DNA of 64,000 nucleotides from Eledone cirrhosa (Eukaryota), in NCBI GenBank assembly GCA_964016885.1, contig OZ024740.1, forward strand, positions 72,354,001 through 72,418,000, read 5' to 3'. The position numbers were made by a program, and so were the translations under genes. The notes below the pieces were generated by a model. It was not told where the DNA came from and searched no databases. It saw nothing but the letters and a program-made list of their open reading frames with translations. Positions 63,311 through 64,000 of this stretch are shown piece by piece. Position 1 is the stretch's first letter, and every line of letters starts with the position of its first letter.

Positions 63311-64000
63311 CTGAAAAGAATTAATATCATCACTATCATTCATTTGTAGGCCATTAACTCCTAGTGGAGTCTCAGAGATGCTGTCTCATGTCTTGGACAT
63401 TTAAACCTGGCTGAGCCCAACACCCCACCCCCTCCTCCCTGACCAGATCTGAACTCAACAGATTTCATCAAGAGAGAAGTGACAAGTTATAGAGGAAGAA
63501 TTGACTCCAATACTAGACTGGTAAATTATGTTTTCACCTGAAAAGCATAATTAACATTATCAGTATCATTAATATCCTTTATTTGTGGGCCCTTAACTCC
63601 TAGTAGATTCTTAAGGGCACCATTATTATATATATGTCTTGGACATATTGATGATAGTAATGATACTGATAATGTTAATTATGCTTTACAGGCGAATAAA
63701 AAAAATGCACCAGTCAAGTACTGCAGTCAATTCTTCTTCTATAACTTATTGTTACATCTCTTTATTGACCTTCAAACGAGCAAAGGCAAAGTTGACCTTG
63801 GCAGGATTTGAACTCAGAGTGTAGAGAGCCAGAACAAATACTACAAAGTATTCTATCCAACACCTTAACAACGCTGCCAGTATAGCATTTGGTAAACAGT
63901 TATTAGAAACAGAGACTGAAGTTATTTGAAATGATTGAATATTCCACAAATGTGTGTACCCATAACATAATTCCTAAGCCAAATCATCATCATCGTGGTT

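Overview
AT-rich, intron-rich animal genomic DNA. It is probably a coleoid cephalopod (Octopus-like), inferred only from its SINE/LINE repertoire and dense (TA)n/(CA)n/(CAT)n microsatellites. Two spliced genes converge tail-to-tail. (1) On the + strand is a 5'-truncated TDRD5/Tejas-like piRNA-pathway gene. I traced 24 GT-AG coding exons by hand from 1603 to 40334, all with compatible phases, giving about 1160 aa: two LOTUS domains, an extended Tudor domain, a low-complexity linker, an unrecognised ~125-aa globular domain, a helical hairpin and an S/P-rich tail. (2) On the - strand are the last four coding exons (63310 to 56044) of mitoguardin (MIGA/FAM73). The rest is decayed RTE and CR1-group LINEs, tRNA-headed SINEs with RTE-type tails, a piggyBac remnant, piggyBac/hAT/mariner MITEs, a Helitron-like element, and mini- and microsatellites. 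The best leads are a minimal Penelope-type hammerhead ribozyme in the sense strand of a MIGA intron, the unannotated TDRD5 C-terminal domain, a pre-miRNA-like intronic hairpin, a ~415-bp fold-back next to a TDRD5 exon, and a duplicated MIGA splice acceptor enclosed by an inverted repeat. All calls are by eye; no database searches were run.
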